Source: Balanoglossus misakiensis
Taxonomy: Eukaryota > Animalia > Hemichordata
Length of the DNA: 64,000 nt
Assembly (NCBI GenBank): GCA_040954595.2
Contig: CM082591.2
Coordinates: forward strand, 7,368,047 to 7,432,046
Direction: 5' to 3'
The position numbers and the translations under genes are program-made. How positions within the stretch are numbered: the stretch's first letter is position 1; each line of letters starts with the position of its first letter. The notes under the pieces were generated by a model. The model saw only the letters and a program-made list of their open reading frames with translations, was not told the DNA's origin and ran no database searches. Shown in pieces: positions 1-13,170 of the stretch.

Positions 1-132
1 ATGCTTAGTTATCTCATCTCATCTCATCTCATCTCATCTACATCTTTGTGTAAATTTTATGTTACTTGCCAGAATAGAATAATAACATTATGTGAAATAA
101 CTGTGTATGGTTATTTTGAATTTATTCCTTAG

Positions 133-295
133 CAGTGTTGCCCTCTAAGCCAATATGACGCACCACTGACTCAACAAACTCACTGGTGACTCAAGAAAAT
201 TGTCCACACTACATGAAAAAGTATAGGGCTGACTCAGAGAAATTTCTAGAAATACTCAAAGCTACTAATAATTACATTTGTTAGAGGGCACACTG
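133..295. mobile_element. short hAT-like MITE
   Basis: Termini CAGTGTTGCCCTCTAA ... TTAGAGGGCACACTG form an imperfect TIR; no clear TSD. Confidence 0.4.
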
Positions 296-522
296 TAATC
301 CTAAATGCTAAATTTAACTTCATGATAATGACTCTCTGGTTTTGATAAAGTACCATTCATAAGCAATACAGATTCAGTGACAGAAAATTAAATATTTGTG
401 TGAAGAAACTAATTATTTCAGGGCAGCTTGCTGTTAGTCAGGGGAAAGGTCTCTCAAATTCTAATCCTTTGGAAAGATTCTTTGAAGTCAGTTGAGTTGT
501 ACTCCTGGTGTATTTCCATTAA

Positions 523-862
523 AGGGACAAAGTCTCTCTCTCGCCCTTTTTCCACTAATTATGTTTGATACAAGACACCCTTTATGTTATTCCACATGTG
601 GATATATAGAGAATCAACGTTCAACCACACACCTTCCATCCCGCTTGTAGACACAAGAGTGAAAAAAAACTCGCTAAAATGAATAATCGTTCTCTACCAT
701 TTATTCATTTTGGGTGAGTTTTTACTCTCATATCTTACTAGCAGGATGGAAGTTGTGTGTGGTTGTGTATACCGGTACACGTGTACATTAACATAAACAG
801 TGTCTTGTATCAAACATAATTAATGGAAAAGGGGCAGCGAGAGAGAGAGAGACTTTGTCCCT
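523..862. mobile_element. Kolobok-type MITE, family A, copy 1
   Basis: TIR AGGGACAAAGTCTCTCTC/GAGAGACTTTGTCCCT, TTAA on both sides (519-522, 863-866); copies at 3454 and 23893. Confidence 0.85.
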
Positions 863-1130
863 TTAACTGTTTTCTGATTAAAAGCTTCAGTCTTGTAGGA
901 CAGGTACATGATGTGGGGGCATTCACGTCTCTGTTTATTACCAGAACTGCCACGTCAGTGCAAAAAGGTTGTATCTGCATCTGTACAGATTTTTGCAGGA
1001 GTGCGAAAAAATTTGATTTTCAAATGGCAGTACATGTTTGCAAGCAAAAACACATAAATATCAATACCTGACAAATGTGACAGTGTTTCCTAAAAGATAA
1101 CATTTCTTAGCGAGGAACATACTCATTTAA

Positions 1131-1444
1131 AGGGCCACGATCGTCTTATGCGCATGTGCCAAACCAGAAACTCTGGTTACAAAAAAATGCAGTCAATGCC
1201 TAACTACAAACAAGATGGCGGCCACCATAGTCTGTGTTGAAAATCGGGGAAAAGACAGCAAATTGGGTGAAAAGAAGTGACAAAACTAATGTCTACTTAG
1301 TTATACGGTACACATGAACTATGGAAGGAAGCAAGGCTGTCCACTATTTGAATGCGTCGAAACAAAATTTGCAGAACATTTGGTTTTGACGTAATGTGTG
1401 TACACAAGAAATTACGCACAAGCGCATAAGACGATCGTCGGCCT
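1131..1444. mobile_element. Kolobok-type MITE
   Basis: TTAA flanks; ~28-bp imperfect TIR AGGGCCACGATCGTCTTATGCGC / GCGCATAAGACGATCGTCGGCCT. Confidence 0.75.
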
Positions 1445-2117
1445 TTAATATTTACATCAGATTTATGAATGTCCTGTAAAAATATGGAGACATGCATATA
1501 CTGGTACAACCTTTGCTGTACTGCTGCAATGTAATATCCTCATTCAATCAAGATGATGTGTGAGGGCGCTAGACTTGGGAAAAGGGTGTGCTCTGAGATT
1601 TATATACCTTCATCTAAATTCATTGAACTGACAGCTAGGTTGGTACATCATACTAATTGTGCATGACTATATGTATGATTTGTATTTCTTTGTAGAATTA
1701 CATGTAAATACTTGTAATGTGCATATACGTCTTGTATGATTTTATTTGTAGAATATTGAATTACTGTACAGTTAATTCTGCTAAGAGTAATATTTAAAGA
1801 AAATTCTGACTCCTCAAGCAAAATATATCAATATATACATACATATAAATATATATTAATTTGTAATGTAGCAGTTAGCAATGTATGTATCCACTACCAA
1901 TAACATTACAAAACTGTCACATATCAAAGAATGCTCCTTTTGCAATTGAAAGTTTGCCATCATGTACCTAGAAAAACGCTGGCATTTACTGGAGATATCT
2001 GTACCTTGACTGACTTCTACCAATCTTGTTTCCTGGCAAAAGGATCTTGATTTGCTCGATGACTCAATACTTGGTGCTATCATTGTCTTTGTTAAGTTTT
2101 GGTGTACCGGTATATTA

Positions 2118-2202
2118 CCCTTTCACCACCATGGTTCAGTCCAAACCAATTGTTTTCTATGGTAAGGTTGGACATCTGCATAGAGAGCTGGGGGTGAAAG
2201 GG
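2118..2202 (+). mobile_element. 85-bp piggyBac-type MITE, copy 1
   Basis: CCCTTTCA...TGAAAGGG termini with TTAA at the right; copies at 35220 and 35650. Confidence 0.7.
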
Positions 2203-3047
2203 TTAAAGCAAAGAGAAAAGAAAATCTAATCATTTGACTACCAGTATGGTAGGTTTCATGTCAACTTGTTTTGGAAGGCAAAGGAAATCTGAGGAAATTA
2301 TTTTGTTTCCACAAATAAGCCAGTACACTGACTGGACATGAAAACATAGATACTTGTGAGACTGTAATAGATTTTCAAACTCATTGTCAGATAATGTGAT
2401 TGAATATTGTTCTAGTTCATTTTGTGTATTTCAGTGGTTTGTTAGTTTCATTTGCAAGTTTGACTTCACGTTAAGTTTTGAGAAATATGTGAAAAAAATT
2501 AAAAGGGTTAGTATACAGCTCTGTACTTTTCTCAAAGGCCATTATATCCCAAAAGTTGCTGCATAGCAATTACCATGATACTGAGATACTATAAGTATTA
2601 AAGAAATATGATATTCTAAATTTATGTAATGCATAATAAAAAATCTTGGTAAAAAATGCCTTAATAAAAGTTGTTAAAATTTACATTGCAGAAATGTTTT
2701 TAGTTGATATAACTGCTAAAAATTTGATTTTATTGACATTTGTTTTGTGTCAAAAGTTAATGGTTTTGTCCATGTTTAAAAGGACATACACCGTACCTGT
2801 AATTTCTTGGGGTTTTATTTTGGTACAATGTTAAAAAAATATTTGGTTATGTACATGTACTCGCAAAGGTATAGTGTGAAGTGTATACATTGTTCATGTG
2901 TATGTTAACTGTTAATTCAACAGTCTTCAGCATATGTTCACTAATGATTAGCAGATTGGTCATTAAACGTTCTTTTTTTGTTTCCAAGACTTTCTAGTCT
3001 TGTCTGGTGCTTATTTCAAAGGGTAAATTGAGGTGGGGGAGGCTTAA

Positions 3048-3219
3048 AGATATACGGTCACCTAGCTACAGTTACCATGGTAAATTGGGATCTAACCAAT
3101 CATTGATTTTCAGTGGGTGGCACACGTGAAAAAAGCACAACTATATGTTCTTTAGAACGCTCAAATACACCATTTTAGCCACATATGGGCGTATGTAAAT
3201 TGGAGGTAACCGTATACCT
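3048..3219. mobile_element. Kolobok-type MITE
   Basis: TTAA flanks; TIR AGATATACGGTCACCT / AGGTAACCGTATACCT. Confidence 0.65.
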
Positions 3220-3453
3220 TTAATTGAAGGATTATTCAGTATAATATAAATCTGCTTAACTATATAGATTTAATTGATGGCCATAATGCCACCATCTGAG
3301 TAGAGCAAATCTATCATACTGCATTTTCTTTCCTGGAAAATAAACAGATTGATTAGCATGAGGTATTAAGAAACAACTGGATAGTTTTGGCATAAAAGAC
3401 TTGAGACTGTCGCACACTGAAACATGATTTGCTGTCTTCTGAATATGTATTAA

Positions 3454-3800
3454 AGGGACAAAGTCTCTCTCTCACTGCCCTTTTTTCCATGAATTATGTT
3501 TGATACAAGACACCATTTATGTAATTCTACATGTGGATATGTAGTGAATCAACGTTCGACCACACACCTTCCATCCCGGTTGTAGACATGAGAGTGAAAA
3601 AACTCACCAAAATGAATAATCGTTCTTTACCATTTATTCATTTTGGGCGTGTTTTTACTGTCATATCATACAAGTGGGATGGAAGTTTTGTGTGGTTGAT
3701 CATTGATTCACTATATATCCACATTTACATTAACATAAATGGTGTCTTGTATCAAACATAATTGATGGAAAAGGGGCAGCTGGAGCGAGACTTTGTCCCT
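3454..3800. mobile_element. Kolobok-type MITE, family A, copy 2
   Basis: Same TIR and internal sequence as 523-862; TTAA flanks. Confidence 0.85.
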
Positions 3801-3804
3801 TTAA

Positions 3805-4139
3805 AGCTCCATTAGCAGTAACATTTCATTATGTTTCCAATATTGTTGTTATTTGTATCTACTTTGTCAAACATGATGAAACGCCAATCCTTTAGCTTAT
3901 CAACACAACCTACTAGCATATGTGTATAGTCGTCATTGTTATTGTGTCAATTTTGAATTCAAGTCCACACTATAATTCATTTGTCAACAATAACAGTGGT
4001 CATTACACACATATGGGCTATGTTCAGAGATGGAGTACTGGGTATATTAACATGTCGTTCGGAGTAGAACAAGAAATTGTATTTGATAATCAAAACCAAA
4101 GTACTGAAAATGAAACCAAAAGTTACAGCTAATGTCCCT
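3805..4139. mobile_element. older Kolobok-type MITE sharing a TTAA with the preceding element
   Basis: Left end AGCTCCATTAGCAGTAACATTT is a degenerate inverse of the right end AAAAGTTACAGCTAATGTCCCT, which is followed by TTAA. Confidence 0.5.
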
Positions 4140-4491
4140 TTAATGTAAAAATGGAATAATATAGTAGTGCACGTTGTCAGCAGTAACTGATTTCACAAAA
4201 AATTGCTCTGTGCTTTTTTGTGTGGAACTGTTTATTAGAAATTAGATTAAAGAGTAAATTATCAAATAAAGTAAGAAATCTACAATATTGCATATTACGC
4301 TGTGCAAGTTGATGTTTAACAAGACAGCAGATCCTGCGAAGGTAGTTGCACATGTGCAGTTCAGGCAACCCTCCCCTTTTAAAATATTGTCATCATCTTT
4401 CACAAAATTAATCCTCTATAACCTTTTCCACTTATTTTCTAAAATTTTGATAAAAACTTGTAGGCAATGCAAACTTTTGACAATTTGGTCC

Positions 4492-5130
4492 ATTGAGCAG
4501 ACGGCAACAAAATTCCAATCACTATAAAAAATATCAAAAACTTTAGTATATAAAGGTACTAATAACTCTTGAGTTTATGAAGCTGTAGGGCATTTTTTCA
4601 AAGGTTTTTAGACTTGAATAGCTGACATGTTGTCAAGGGAGACTGGCAATTGAACTTTGACAGTGTCTGGATCTCCACTGTGTTGGGCCACTGTAAGTAA
4701 ACTCTTTGTTTTGCACCCTCATGCACATCATTTTTGGTTTCTTTCGTTTTTTGACGATTTTAGACATAGACATGTTTTTCTGACCACAAAACTCTGTTAA
4801 ATTTTTTAAATAATTTGTTCATATTACCTGCAAGGTTGAGGTGTATGTGTTATGAACAATGAAGTTGAAAATTACTACTTTGATTCTTGAATGAATCAGT
4901 CTGTGACAAGGATCTAAATATATATAAATTCCATGTACTTTATTAAATTTCCTGTTTTTGTTTTTCGATCACTTATCCGTAAACCTTTCAAAACTTTGAG
5001 TGGATGCAAAACAAAGAAATCACTTTCTTTGGCCTTATTTTACAGATCACATGACAAGCATTGTGTTAGCTCCAAGGTACTCAAAGCCACTCACTGGAAC
5101 TTGTCTGCAGTTTTTTTTTCTCCTGGCGAA
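4492..5130 (+). repeat. segmental duplicate of 62702-64000
   Basis: Colinear and highly similar from TTGAGCAGACGGCAACAAAATTCC to TTTTTTCTCCTGG; the distal copy carries a 660-bp insertion. Confidence 0.85.
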
Positions 5131-5174
5131 CACCAACTTCCTTGTATAATTTGAGGATTCATACATTTATTAGT

Positions 5175-6712
5175 GTACCTGGATTGAAGCTCTAACATGT
5201 GAAGGAATCAACCGCTCTTTTACAACCGTTTTTGAGGTATGTTGTACTGGAGCTGATGATTTATTGTCTTGTTTTTTAACTGAATACACTGAATACATAT
5301 ACCCCTGGTAGGTGACATGTTGTAAATGGGTGGTGGCAAAGAGATTCCAAACTCTGATATCACATCTACAACACAGGTATGTGACAAGTACTGAGCAGCT
5401 CTGCGGTACTCGATCGGAACCAAACTCAGGGATTTCTCCTCTTTTTGCCAGTGGAAGCTACTCTAGCTTTGTATGGATCAAATGGATTGAAGCTCTAACT
5501 TCTGAAGGAATCAACTTATCTGTTACAACACTAAGAGGTAATGTTGCATTGAACTTGGTGTGATTTTCCGTCTTTTTCTTTCAGTCCTCCAACTCAAGCC
5601 ACACCTTTTTCATTTCCATGTAACATAAACACACCTTTAAGGAATTCTATTGGAAATAACTTGACAATTAAGCGCCCAAACTTTTCTTGGCTTGAAAGAT
5701 GACCAGAATATTGTGAATACCAATATACATGTATTTACATGTGACAAATACCATTTATATCACATGTATAAGGATTGAAGCTCTAACTAGGGAAGGAATC
5801 AACCACTCCGCAACAACCGTTTTGAGAGGTATGTTCTACTGGAGCTGATGATTTATTATCTTGTTTTTTAACTGAATACACTGAATACATATACCCCTGG
5901 TAGGTGACATGTTGTAAATGGGTGGTGGCAAAGAGATTCCAAACTCTGATATCACATCTACAACACAGGTATGTGACAAGTACTGAGCAGCTCTGCGGTA
6001 CTCGATCGGAACCAAACTCAGGGATTTCTCCTCTTTTTGCCAGTGGGAGCTACTCTAGCTTTGTATGGATCAAATGGATTGAAGCTCTAACTTCTCAAGG
6101 AATCAACTTATCTGTTACAACACTAAGAGGTAATGTTGCATTGAACTTGGTGATTTTCTGTCTTTTTCCCCCAATCAGTCCTCAAACTCAAGCCACACCT
6201 TTTTCATTTTCATGTAACAGAAACACACCTTTAAAAATAATTCTATTGGAAATAACTTAACAATTAAGCGCCCAGACTTTTCTTGGCTTGAAAGATGACC
6301 AGAATATTGTGAATATACATGTATTTACATGCGACTAATATCACTTATTTCAGATGTACCTGGATTGAAGCTCTAACTAGGGAAGGAATCAACCACTCTG
6401 CAACAACCGTTTTGAGAGGTATGTTCTGCTGGAGCTGATGATTTATTATCTTGTTTTTTAACTGAATACACTGAATACATATACCCCTGGTAGGTGACAT
6501 GTTGTAAATGGGTGGTGGCAAATTTAGAGATTCCAAACTCTGATATCACATCTACAACACGGGTATGTGACAAGTACTGAGCAGCTCTGTGGTACTTGGA
6601 ACCAGACTCAGGGATTTCTCCTGTTTATGGCAATTGAACCTACTGTAGCTTTGGCAGTGAACCATGCATTGAAGTTCTACCTTGTGAAGGAATCAACAAC
6701 TCTGTTACAAAA
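5175..6712 (+). repeat. ~590-bp-unit tandem array (about 2.6 units) with internal ~300-bp sub-repeat
   Basis: GGATTGAAGCTCTAAC... units start at ~5180, ~5772 and ~6361; sister array at 42455-43715. Confidence 0.85.
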
Positions 6713-6716
6713 TTAA

Positions 6717-7406
6717 GGTGGCATTGCATGAAACCGTCGAGACTTTTTCAGAGCCTATTTCTCATCAAAGACAGTGTAAAAACCCTCAAAAACCATACAT
6801 ATTCTGGAAGCTGAGTTTTTGAACTTTTGTTTGAGTTGCATCGGAAATGGTGGCGTTTTTGGGTTAAAAAACCAATTTTTTGATATTATGTCATTCAATT
6901 TAATTTAGGTTAAAAAGTTGACCTTAATATGTCATTTGAAACTAGAGTACACGTGCAAAAAAACTGTAACTTTGTTTTGCGTTATCTGCTTTCATTAAGG
7001 AGTAACAGCGTTTGAAAGTTAGATATTTAGAAAATTTGGTCAAATTCACGGTGAGTTGTATTGAATCAGAGTTTATTCCCGCCACTTTATCGAAAAATTG
7101 TTTTGTTGGATGGGCCATACACAATCCCCTGTTAAAATTTGAGCAAATTCGGCCAACGCAGAGCGAAGCTAAATTCTTCTGAAGTTGTCAAAAGCAGTGA
7201 AAATGCAAACTGAGAAAAACGGCCATTTGCATTGTTGACACATATTTGTTAAGCTGTGGACTCATTCAGAAAAGTGCTATTTTTGGGTGATTATGCACCA
7301 TTTCCGCCAAGACGCATTTTTCAGAATGTGGATCAGTATTAAACGTACCGATTTATGTAAAAAAGTAAAATTTTGCAGAAATCACAACTTTTCATGCAAT
7401 GCCACC
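6717..7406. mobile_element. Kolobok-type non-autonomous DNA transposon inserted in the array
   Basis: TIR GGTGGCATTGCATGAAA / TTTCATGCAATGCCACC; TTAA both sides; array sequence (GAGGTATGTT) resumes after it. Confidence 0.85.
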
Positions 7407-7757
7407 TTAAGAGGTATGTTGTATTGAAGTTGGTGATATATTGTGACAGTCTTATTATTCTTTCTGTCCTCAACCATGACGTCTTCCCCATGTGACAGAA
7501 ACACACGAACACCCTCAAAAAGAATTACATCAGAAATACATGTAATTCTCGACGATTTTTATTGATTTGAATTAATAGATCTGAACAATCTACACATATA
7601 TGATTTATTAATACTGAAAGTTGGTAATAATAATGAAAGCAGCTTTATTTTTTATCATTTTTTTTAATGCTGTCACATATGGTACCTTCCAGACATGAAA
7701 ATGAAAGAATGACACTTATTTTAAATGCACTGCAGGTTAATTTTGATAAATAAGTAA

Positions 7758-8344
7758 CAGGGCTCGAAATTAACGGGCTATAGCCCGAGGGCCAGGGGCT
7801 ACCAAAACCTGTCTTGGGGCTACCATTTCCACAAATTTTCAGTCCGTACAATGTGCTGTGCATTGATCGCAGTATCATTAGCGAGCTTCAGTGGCTGCGC
7901 TTGTTTTTTATTTTCTTGCAGCTGCTTGGTCTCTGGGGACACAATGAAACCACAAACTGCATCCTCTGATCTTTTGAGTGCGTCTTTACCTAATTTGCAT
8001 ATCTTGATTAGGTCGTTTGAGTATGTTGATAAAAATACTTGCAACATATTAGTCAATAATCTTTGAGGCCGACCAGCTGGCCGAGCGTAGTGTGTAGTAC
8101 TGTACTCTGACATAAGACATACCGGCAGGGAACCACTGTATTACTAAATTTTCCATTGTGGTCAAAATGCATTGATGACCACCAGTTTCCACATGACTAG
8201 TACAAAGTTAGAAGTGACAGTGTCACATGAACTATATAATGTGGTGATATTTGTGGGCTACCAATTATGGGTTTGGGGCTACCAACTTTGGGAAATCGTA
8301 GCCTAAGTAGGCTACCACTCAAAAAAATTAAAATTCGAGCCCTG
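7758..8344. mobile_element. non-autonomous TIR element (hAT-like CAGGG termini)
   Basis: CAGGGCTCGAAATT ... AAATTCGAGCCCTG with GGGCTACCA subterminal repeats; TSD unclear. Confidence 0.6.
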
Positions 8345-8723
8345 TAATGATTGACAATTCAACATATTTCTCCCAAGAACACTTTTGATGGATCATTTCA
8401 AACCTAAACTTTACCAATACCATAATGCTGCTGGTAACTGTGGTCTGCACACTGCAAATATTTGATAAGATAACAAGGTACCAAAAATAGATTGTGATCA
8501 CACACCTATAAGTAATGATAAACAGAATTTAGATTAAGGTTTAGCTATTCTGTCCATTATACTTGGACATGGTGTTAATGTACCCTATAGTATAGTTAAC
8601 ATTTAAACCATACATATTGTCGCGGTGTGGCCTCCTTTGACCTTCCAGGCTCCACTGCCCTTCCACAGTGTCACTCTGTCAATCATGTAGAATAACTGTA
8701 CATGTATATTAACAACATGTTAT

Positions 8724-9222
8724 GGCAATGGCAACAAAGTTCACACTGAACCCATGTCACTTTCATAATTTTTGGAGTTATTTTCCACATTTTGAAGAAA
8801 AATTAAGAACTGAAAGTAATTGTACCCGGTAGGTGCAGTCGCTACATATACTGAGTGTTGACAAAATAAATTAAGGCTGTTTTGAAATATTTTTGCAGTT
8901 TATTTTGAGGGATTTTGAGACAAGACTGTTTGAAATTTAATGCATTCCGTCAACTTGGTATGTACACAATCAAAAATTTGGTTCTTTTTTCCACATTTAC
9001 AAAGCTCATTTTAGAAAAAAAAATATTTCAGTCTACTTCATGTAACAAATATGAAAAATCCAAATTTGAGTCGTTTTGGAGAATTTGTACTCGTTTTTTT
9101 CATGAATTTTGACATGCATGGCGCTGTCTGAAAGTTATGATGTGTGGTCCACTTTCCATCAGATCTCCGTTGCATCCGAAAGGATGAAGGCGTTTCATCA
9201 ATTTATGTGTGAAAATAATTCT
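8724..9222 (+). repeat. dispersed repeat fragment, same family as 56770-57570
   Basis: Colinear similarity from ATGGCAACAAA to GGATGAAGGCGTTTCATC. Confidence 0.75.
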
Positions 9223-9234
9223 ACTGGTAGTTGT

Positions 9235-10257
9235 TGTATATGTAATAACCCAGGGTACACTGTAACACTCGCTGAGCTTGATCTTGATCTTGTAAGAAGA
9301 TGCACAAAGTTGGGATCCAGCAAATTTCCTGATGAAGCACCAATCGCCATCAATGCCGACAACCAAGTATCGGCTACGAGCATGTGATTATCTGCATGCA
9401 AATACACTAATTCGCCAACCTTGATGTCATTCTGGTGAGCAGTTTTGTTTCTGGACTTGGATAGCTGGCTGTACGGGTGGTTGATAATGCGCTGTTTATG
9501 TTGTTTGCTAATCAGTTCACGATCAGAAAGTGGGATCTGGTCATTGGTGAACTGGTTTCGCTGTGTCAGCATTTCCCGGGCAGATAAACCACGGCTCCTA
9601 ATGTGGGAGTTGAGTCGTGCTGTAGCTATAGCCAGGTTAAGTGGACTGACAGAATCTTCACCAGGTTCTTGGCGAAGGAGCTCTTCTTCCAGCTCATAGA
9701 TGGCTTTTTCTGCAACTGGGTTTTTGTTGGGGTTCTTTACGCGGCCTATCTCGATGCATATGCGCAAATGGTGGAGAGTTTCATCAATGCGGAGTGCCAT
9801 GAATCCTGGTGCGGGGTCAACGCGAATGATGGCATGTGGGCTGTCTAGTGGACGTAGCTCTATGCAAGGCCGTCACGAAGTGTGACATGGTTTTCATTCT
9901 CGATGATGCATGTTGATGTGTAAGAAGTTGTAGTTTCTCTGAGGACAAGGATGAGTTGTCGACTGCGCATGAGGACATCAGCCGCGTAGTTAATACCAAC
10001 AACTTCTGAGGGGTCTTCTGTTGTTTGCTCAGCTAGGCTGTTGGGCAGTTTCTTTAAGGAGGCGCATGTGTGGCATGCCTCGGAGACAGAGTCTATGGAC
10101 TTGTCAATGTCAAGGGCATAGAAATGGTGCTTCATGAAATGAGCTTGGGCTGGTGTTTGGATGGATGATCTAGTTTGATATGTATTGCTGTTAATAGACC
10201 ATCAAGAACGGCTCTGGGAACAACGATGAACTCTTGTGTTGGTGGTGTAACAGCTAG
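9235..10257 (-). mobile_element. degenerate LTR-retrotransposon (Gypsy-type) integrase remnant
   Basis: Frameshifted ORF pieces carry an HHCC zinc finger (HIKLDHP ... CHTCASL), the core (AADV ... NKNPVAEKAIYELE) and a C-terminal IKVGELVYL motif. Confidence 0.8.
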
Positions 10258-10339
10258 CATATTAAAGTTATGTAAACATGTCCAAGTTGGGGGTAACAAC
10301 TCCTTGTAAACAGTAACTTTCAAAACAACTGAAGAATTG

Positions 10340-11347
10340 GTTTAGGAGAAGATTTGCTAACCAAAAACTTAAACAAAAGAAACTTACAAAAAACTTGTTA
10401 AATATTGAATATTTCTGATATCAGAATTGAATTGAAGTTGCACATGTATGTGTTATGAAATTGTATCCTAAATTTCAAAGCAATCAGAGAAAAAAAACTA
10501 ATTTCAAAGCAGTTTTCAAGAAAATATTTGTTCAAAAGTGGCAAAAATACATATATGCAAATATCACCAAAATTGTACAATATCTTACTTCAATCACTAT
10601 AAGGAAAAGTTCAATGCAATGTGACACGCGGTTTCAGAGAAAACAATTTTTGACAAAAATTGAATTTTTTTTCCCAATAACACATTTATGCAAATATCAG
10701 AATTTCTTTAGCAACATCTTACTTAGGTTACCCCTAGGAACATGCCTACCAAATTGCAAAGCAATCTGGCATGCGGTTTAAGAATTTTTTTTTTACCAAA
10801 AATGGCAAAAATGGCTAAAAATTCTAAATATGCCAATTTTGCAACAATTTGAACAAAACTATGGTTACTCAGACAACCTATAGGAAGCTTCATACTAAAT
10901 TTCAAAGAAGTAGATCTATCACTTTCAGAAATGAAGATTTTTTACCAATAATATGGAAAAATACAAAAAAAAATGCATAAAAGTAGAAAATCGACAATAT
11001 TAGCTCAAAACATACAGGATTGTATGAGGTAGACATAAGATACACGCAAGCCAATTTTCAAATCAATATGACCAGTGGTTGTTGAGTTTCTGAGTTTTGA
11101 CCAAATTTAGGTTTTTCCACCTAATTTGCATATTTTAGGCAATGACAACTTCATTTGAACAAACTCCCATGTACAGCCCAGCATGCATCTACACACCAAA
11201 TAACCAGGTTATACACGCTGCGGTTTTCAAGTTTTTGATGTGGACGGACATACAGACATACCAGTACATCCATCCATACATCCATACATACATACAGACG
11301 CAACCCATCCCATAAGGTCCCATGGTACATACCGATGGGACCTAAAC
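10340..11347 (+). mobile_element. interspersed non-autonomous repeat (Helentron/HINE-like 3' end)
   Basis: Ends in a (CATA/CATC)n microsatellite plus hairpin GGTCCCAT...ATGGGACC and AAA; inverted partial copy at 41257-41540. Confidence 0.5.
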
Positions 11348-11435
11348 ATTGCAGGAATTTTCGTTTATCTTTAATTTTGAGCCATTTTGTCAAAAATAAG
11401 TGTTGAGCTTGATATAATATCATGAAATATCGTTT

Positions 11436-11752
11436 ATTATATTATACCAGTATATTGATAGTGTAAATCACGCTATTTGATTGGTCGAGACACGTCACGT
11501 GACCGTGATATATTAGCCATATACCACAGTCATATATCATAGTCAAAGAAAATGCCTTTTAAAAATGTTTTATGCAAAGTTTCAATATACTGGCATAATA
11601 TAATAGCAATAAAACACCCCCAGCCATGGTATACCACTCGATTTTGACCAGTTCAACTCCATATACGCACTCGCTGTCGCTCGTGCGTATATGTCGTGAA
11701 CTGGTCAAAATCTCGTGGTATACCATGGCTGGGGGTGTTTTATTGCTTAAAT
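11436..11752. mobile_element. element ending in a ~140-bp hairpin (possibly Crypton-like non-autonomous)
   Basis: Near-perfect palindrome 11606-11746 (GCAATAAAACACCCCCAGCCATGGTATACCAC ... GTGGTATACCATGGCTGGGGGTGTTTTATTGC); similar architecture at 52190-52618. Confidence 0.45.
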
Positions 11753-11847
11753 AGACATAATTTAAAGGGCATATATGAGATCATTTAAAACTTTAATTTT
11801 TTTATTCAGTTGCAGCTCATGTACCTTTAATAACAAATTTGCTTTAA

Positions 11848-13170
11848 AGGGCGGGTATCGTCAGGTATGGGGGCGTCGTTGCGTGGGACTCACTAGCAAT
11901 GTGACGAGCTCAGAAATCCCAAAATTCTGTGCAAATATCAAACTCTCTACAATGGCCGCCAAACCCCTCGCTAAAACCACTAAAAGCTTTAATTGGGGAT
12001 TTTTACACTCATTGGAATGACGAATAACTCGTAAACCATGATCACCATTCAAATTCCGAATTAACATCAGAAATTTCAGTGCCGATTGCTCTTCTGAATT
12101 GTTGCGAGAGAAGCCTTTGTATCACACGGTGTCCAGCACTTCTGTCCAGTCGAGCCGGTGACGCGCGCAGAACCCCGGGCGGCTTATAAGCTGGCCCCGG
12201 AAGAGAGAAGAAACATTGCCGTGTACGATAATCAGCCTCGCGCTCGTGGGGGAAGACTGCGATGAAAGCAAATTTTGTGAAGATGTACAAATTACCAGTC
12301 ACAATCACTGACTGTTTACCGGTATATACGGTGTTCGACAGGAAAGAAATTGTAATCAACCGAGAAGAAAACTGCTCAGATTGGCAGCGATAATTGCAAG
12401 CGATTGCTCATGTGCGGATATAGGCCGACAATAGGCGATCAGATCAGTGATGATTTACGCCAGCTAAAACAAATAAATGTATTGTAAAAGATTTAAACAT
12501 CGACAATGCTGCTGAGCTAAGGTTTATATCAATGTGTGCTTTCAGTCCGTAGCGAGGTCGATTTTGTTGTGGGTCGTCTTTGGTGTCTGCTGTTTTCATT
12601 TATACGAGCTATTTTCTCTTGTATTCGCTACGTACTACACGGGCATATATCGATCATCATAAAATTGTGCCGCAAAATTAAGGCGCAGCGTCAGAAATAC
12701 ACGAAACTTTCCAGATGAACTGTTTAATAGTGGGCGGTTTGTCACTAAAAGAAACATTTTGGTTCATGTTCAACTTCAGTGTAAAGCACAAGGCTGATTG
12801 TGGAGACCAAGCTCCGTGCATGGCAGGGCTGTGTGTCGTACGGCCGATCCCTTCACCACAGCCGGCCCTGCTCACTTAAAATACCGGGCAAAGCTGGCGA
12901 TTCCTGAACAATCTTTGGCCAGTCATTTCGACTAAAATTTCCGTCTCTGAATCAAATCTTGTGGACCGATAACCATTACCGAGCACACCTCATCCATACA
13001 GGACAATGAAACGATCCAAAATGCCTCACAACTTGTACAACGGCACCTTATTGGACTTTATGCGGGAGAAACCACGGCCATCTTGTTCTTGCTAGCACAC
13101 AATTTCTGCAGTGCATTGGGGCAAAAGTAATGTTTATCAACAAAGGCTAAATCGGGACGATACCCGCCTT
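11848..13170. mobile_element. 1.3-kb Kolobok-type non-autonomous transposon
   Basis: TTAA|AGGGCGGGTATCGTC ... GACGATACCCGCCTT|TTAC; GC-richer than flanks; no transposase ORF. Confidence 0.7.

Noticed and set aside
5237-5311. TGATGA ... CTGA motifs suggesting intronic box C/D snoRNAs in the array
   Set aside because: The C-to-D distance is only ~30 nt within a 75-nt interval, with no terminal stem; too short for a snoRNA.
5312-6260. Repeated ORFs MTCCKWVVAKRF...
   Set aside because: GTG starts, variable ends and indels among copies; no recognisable domain.
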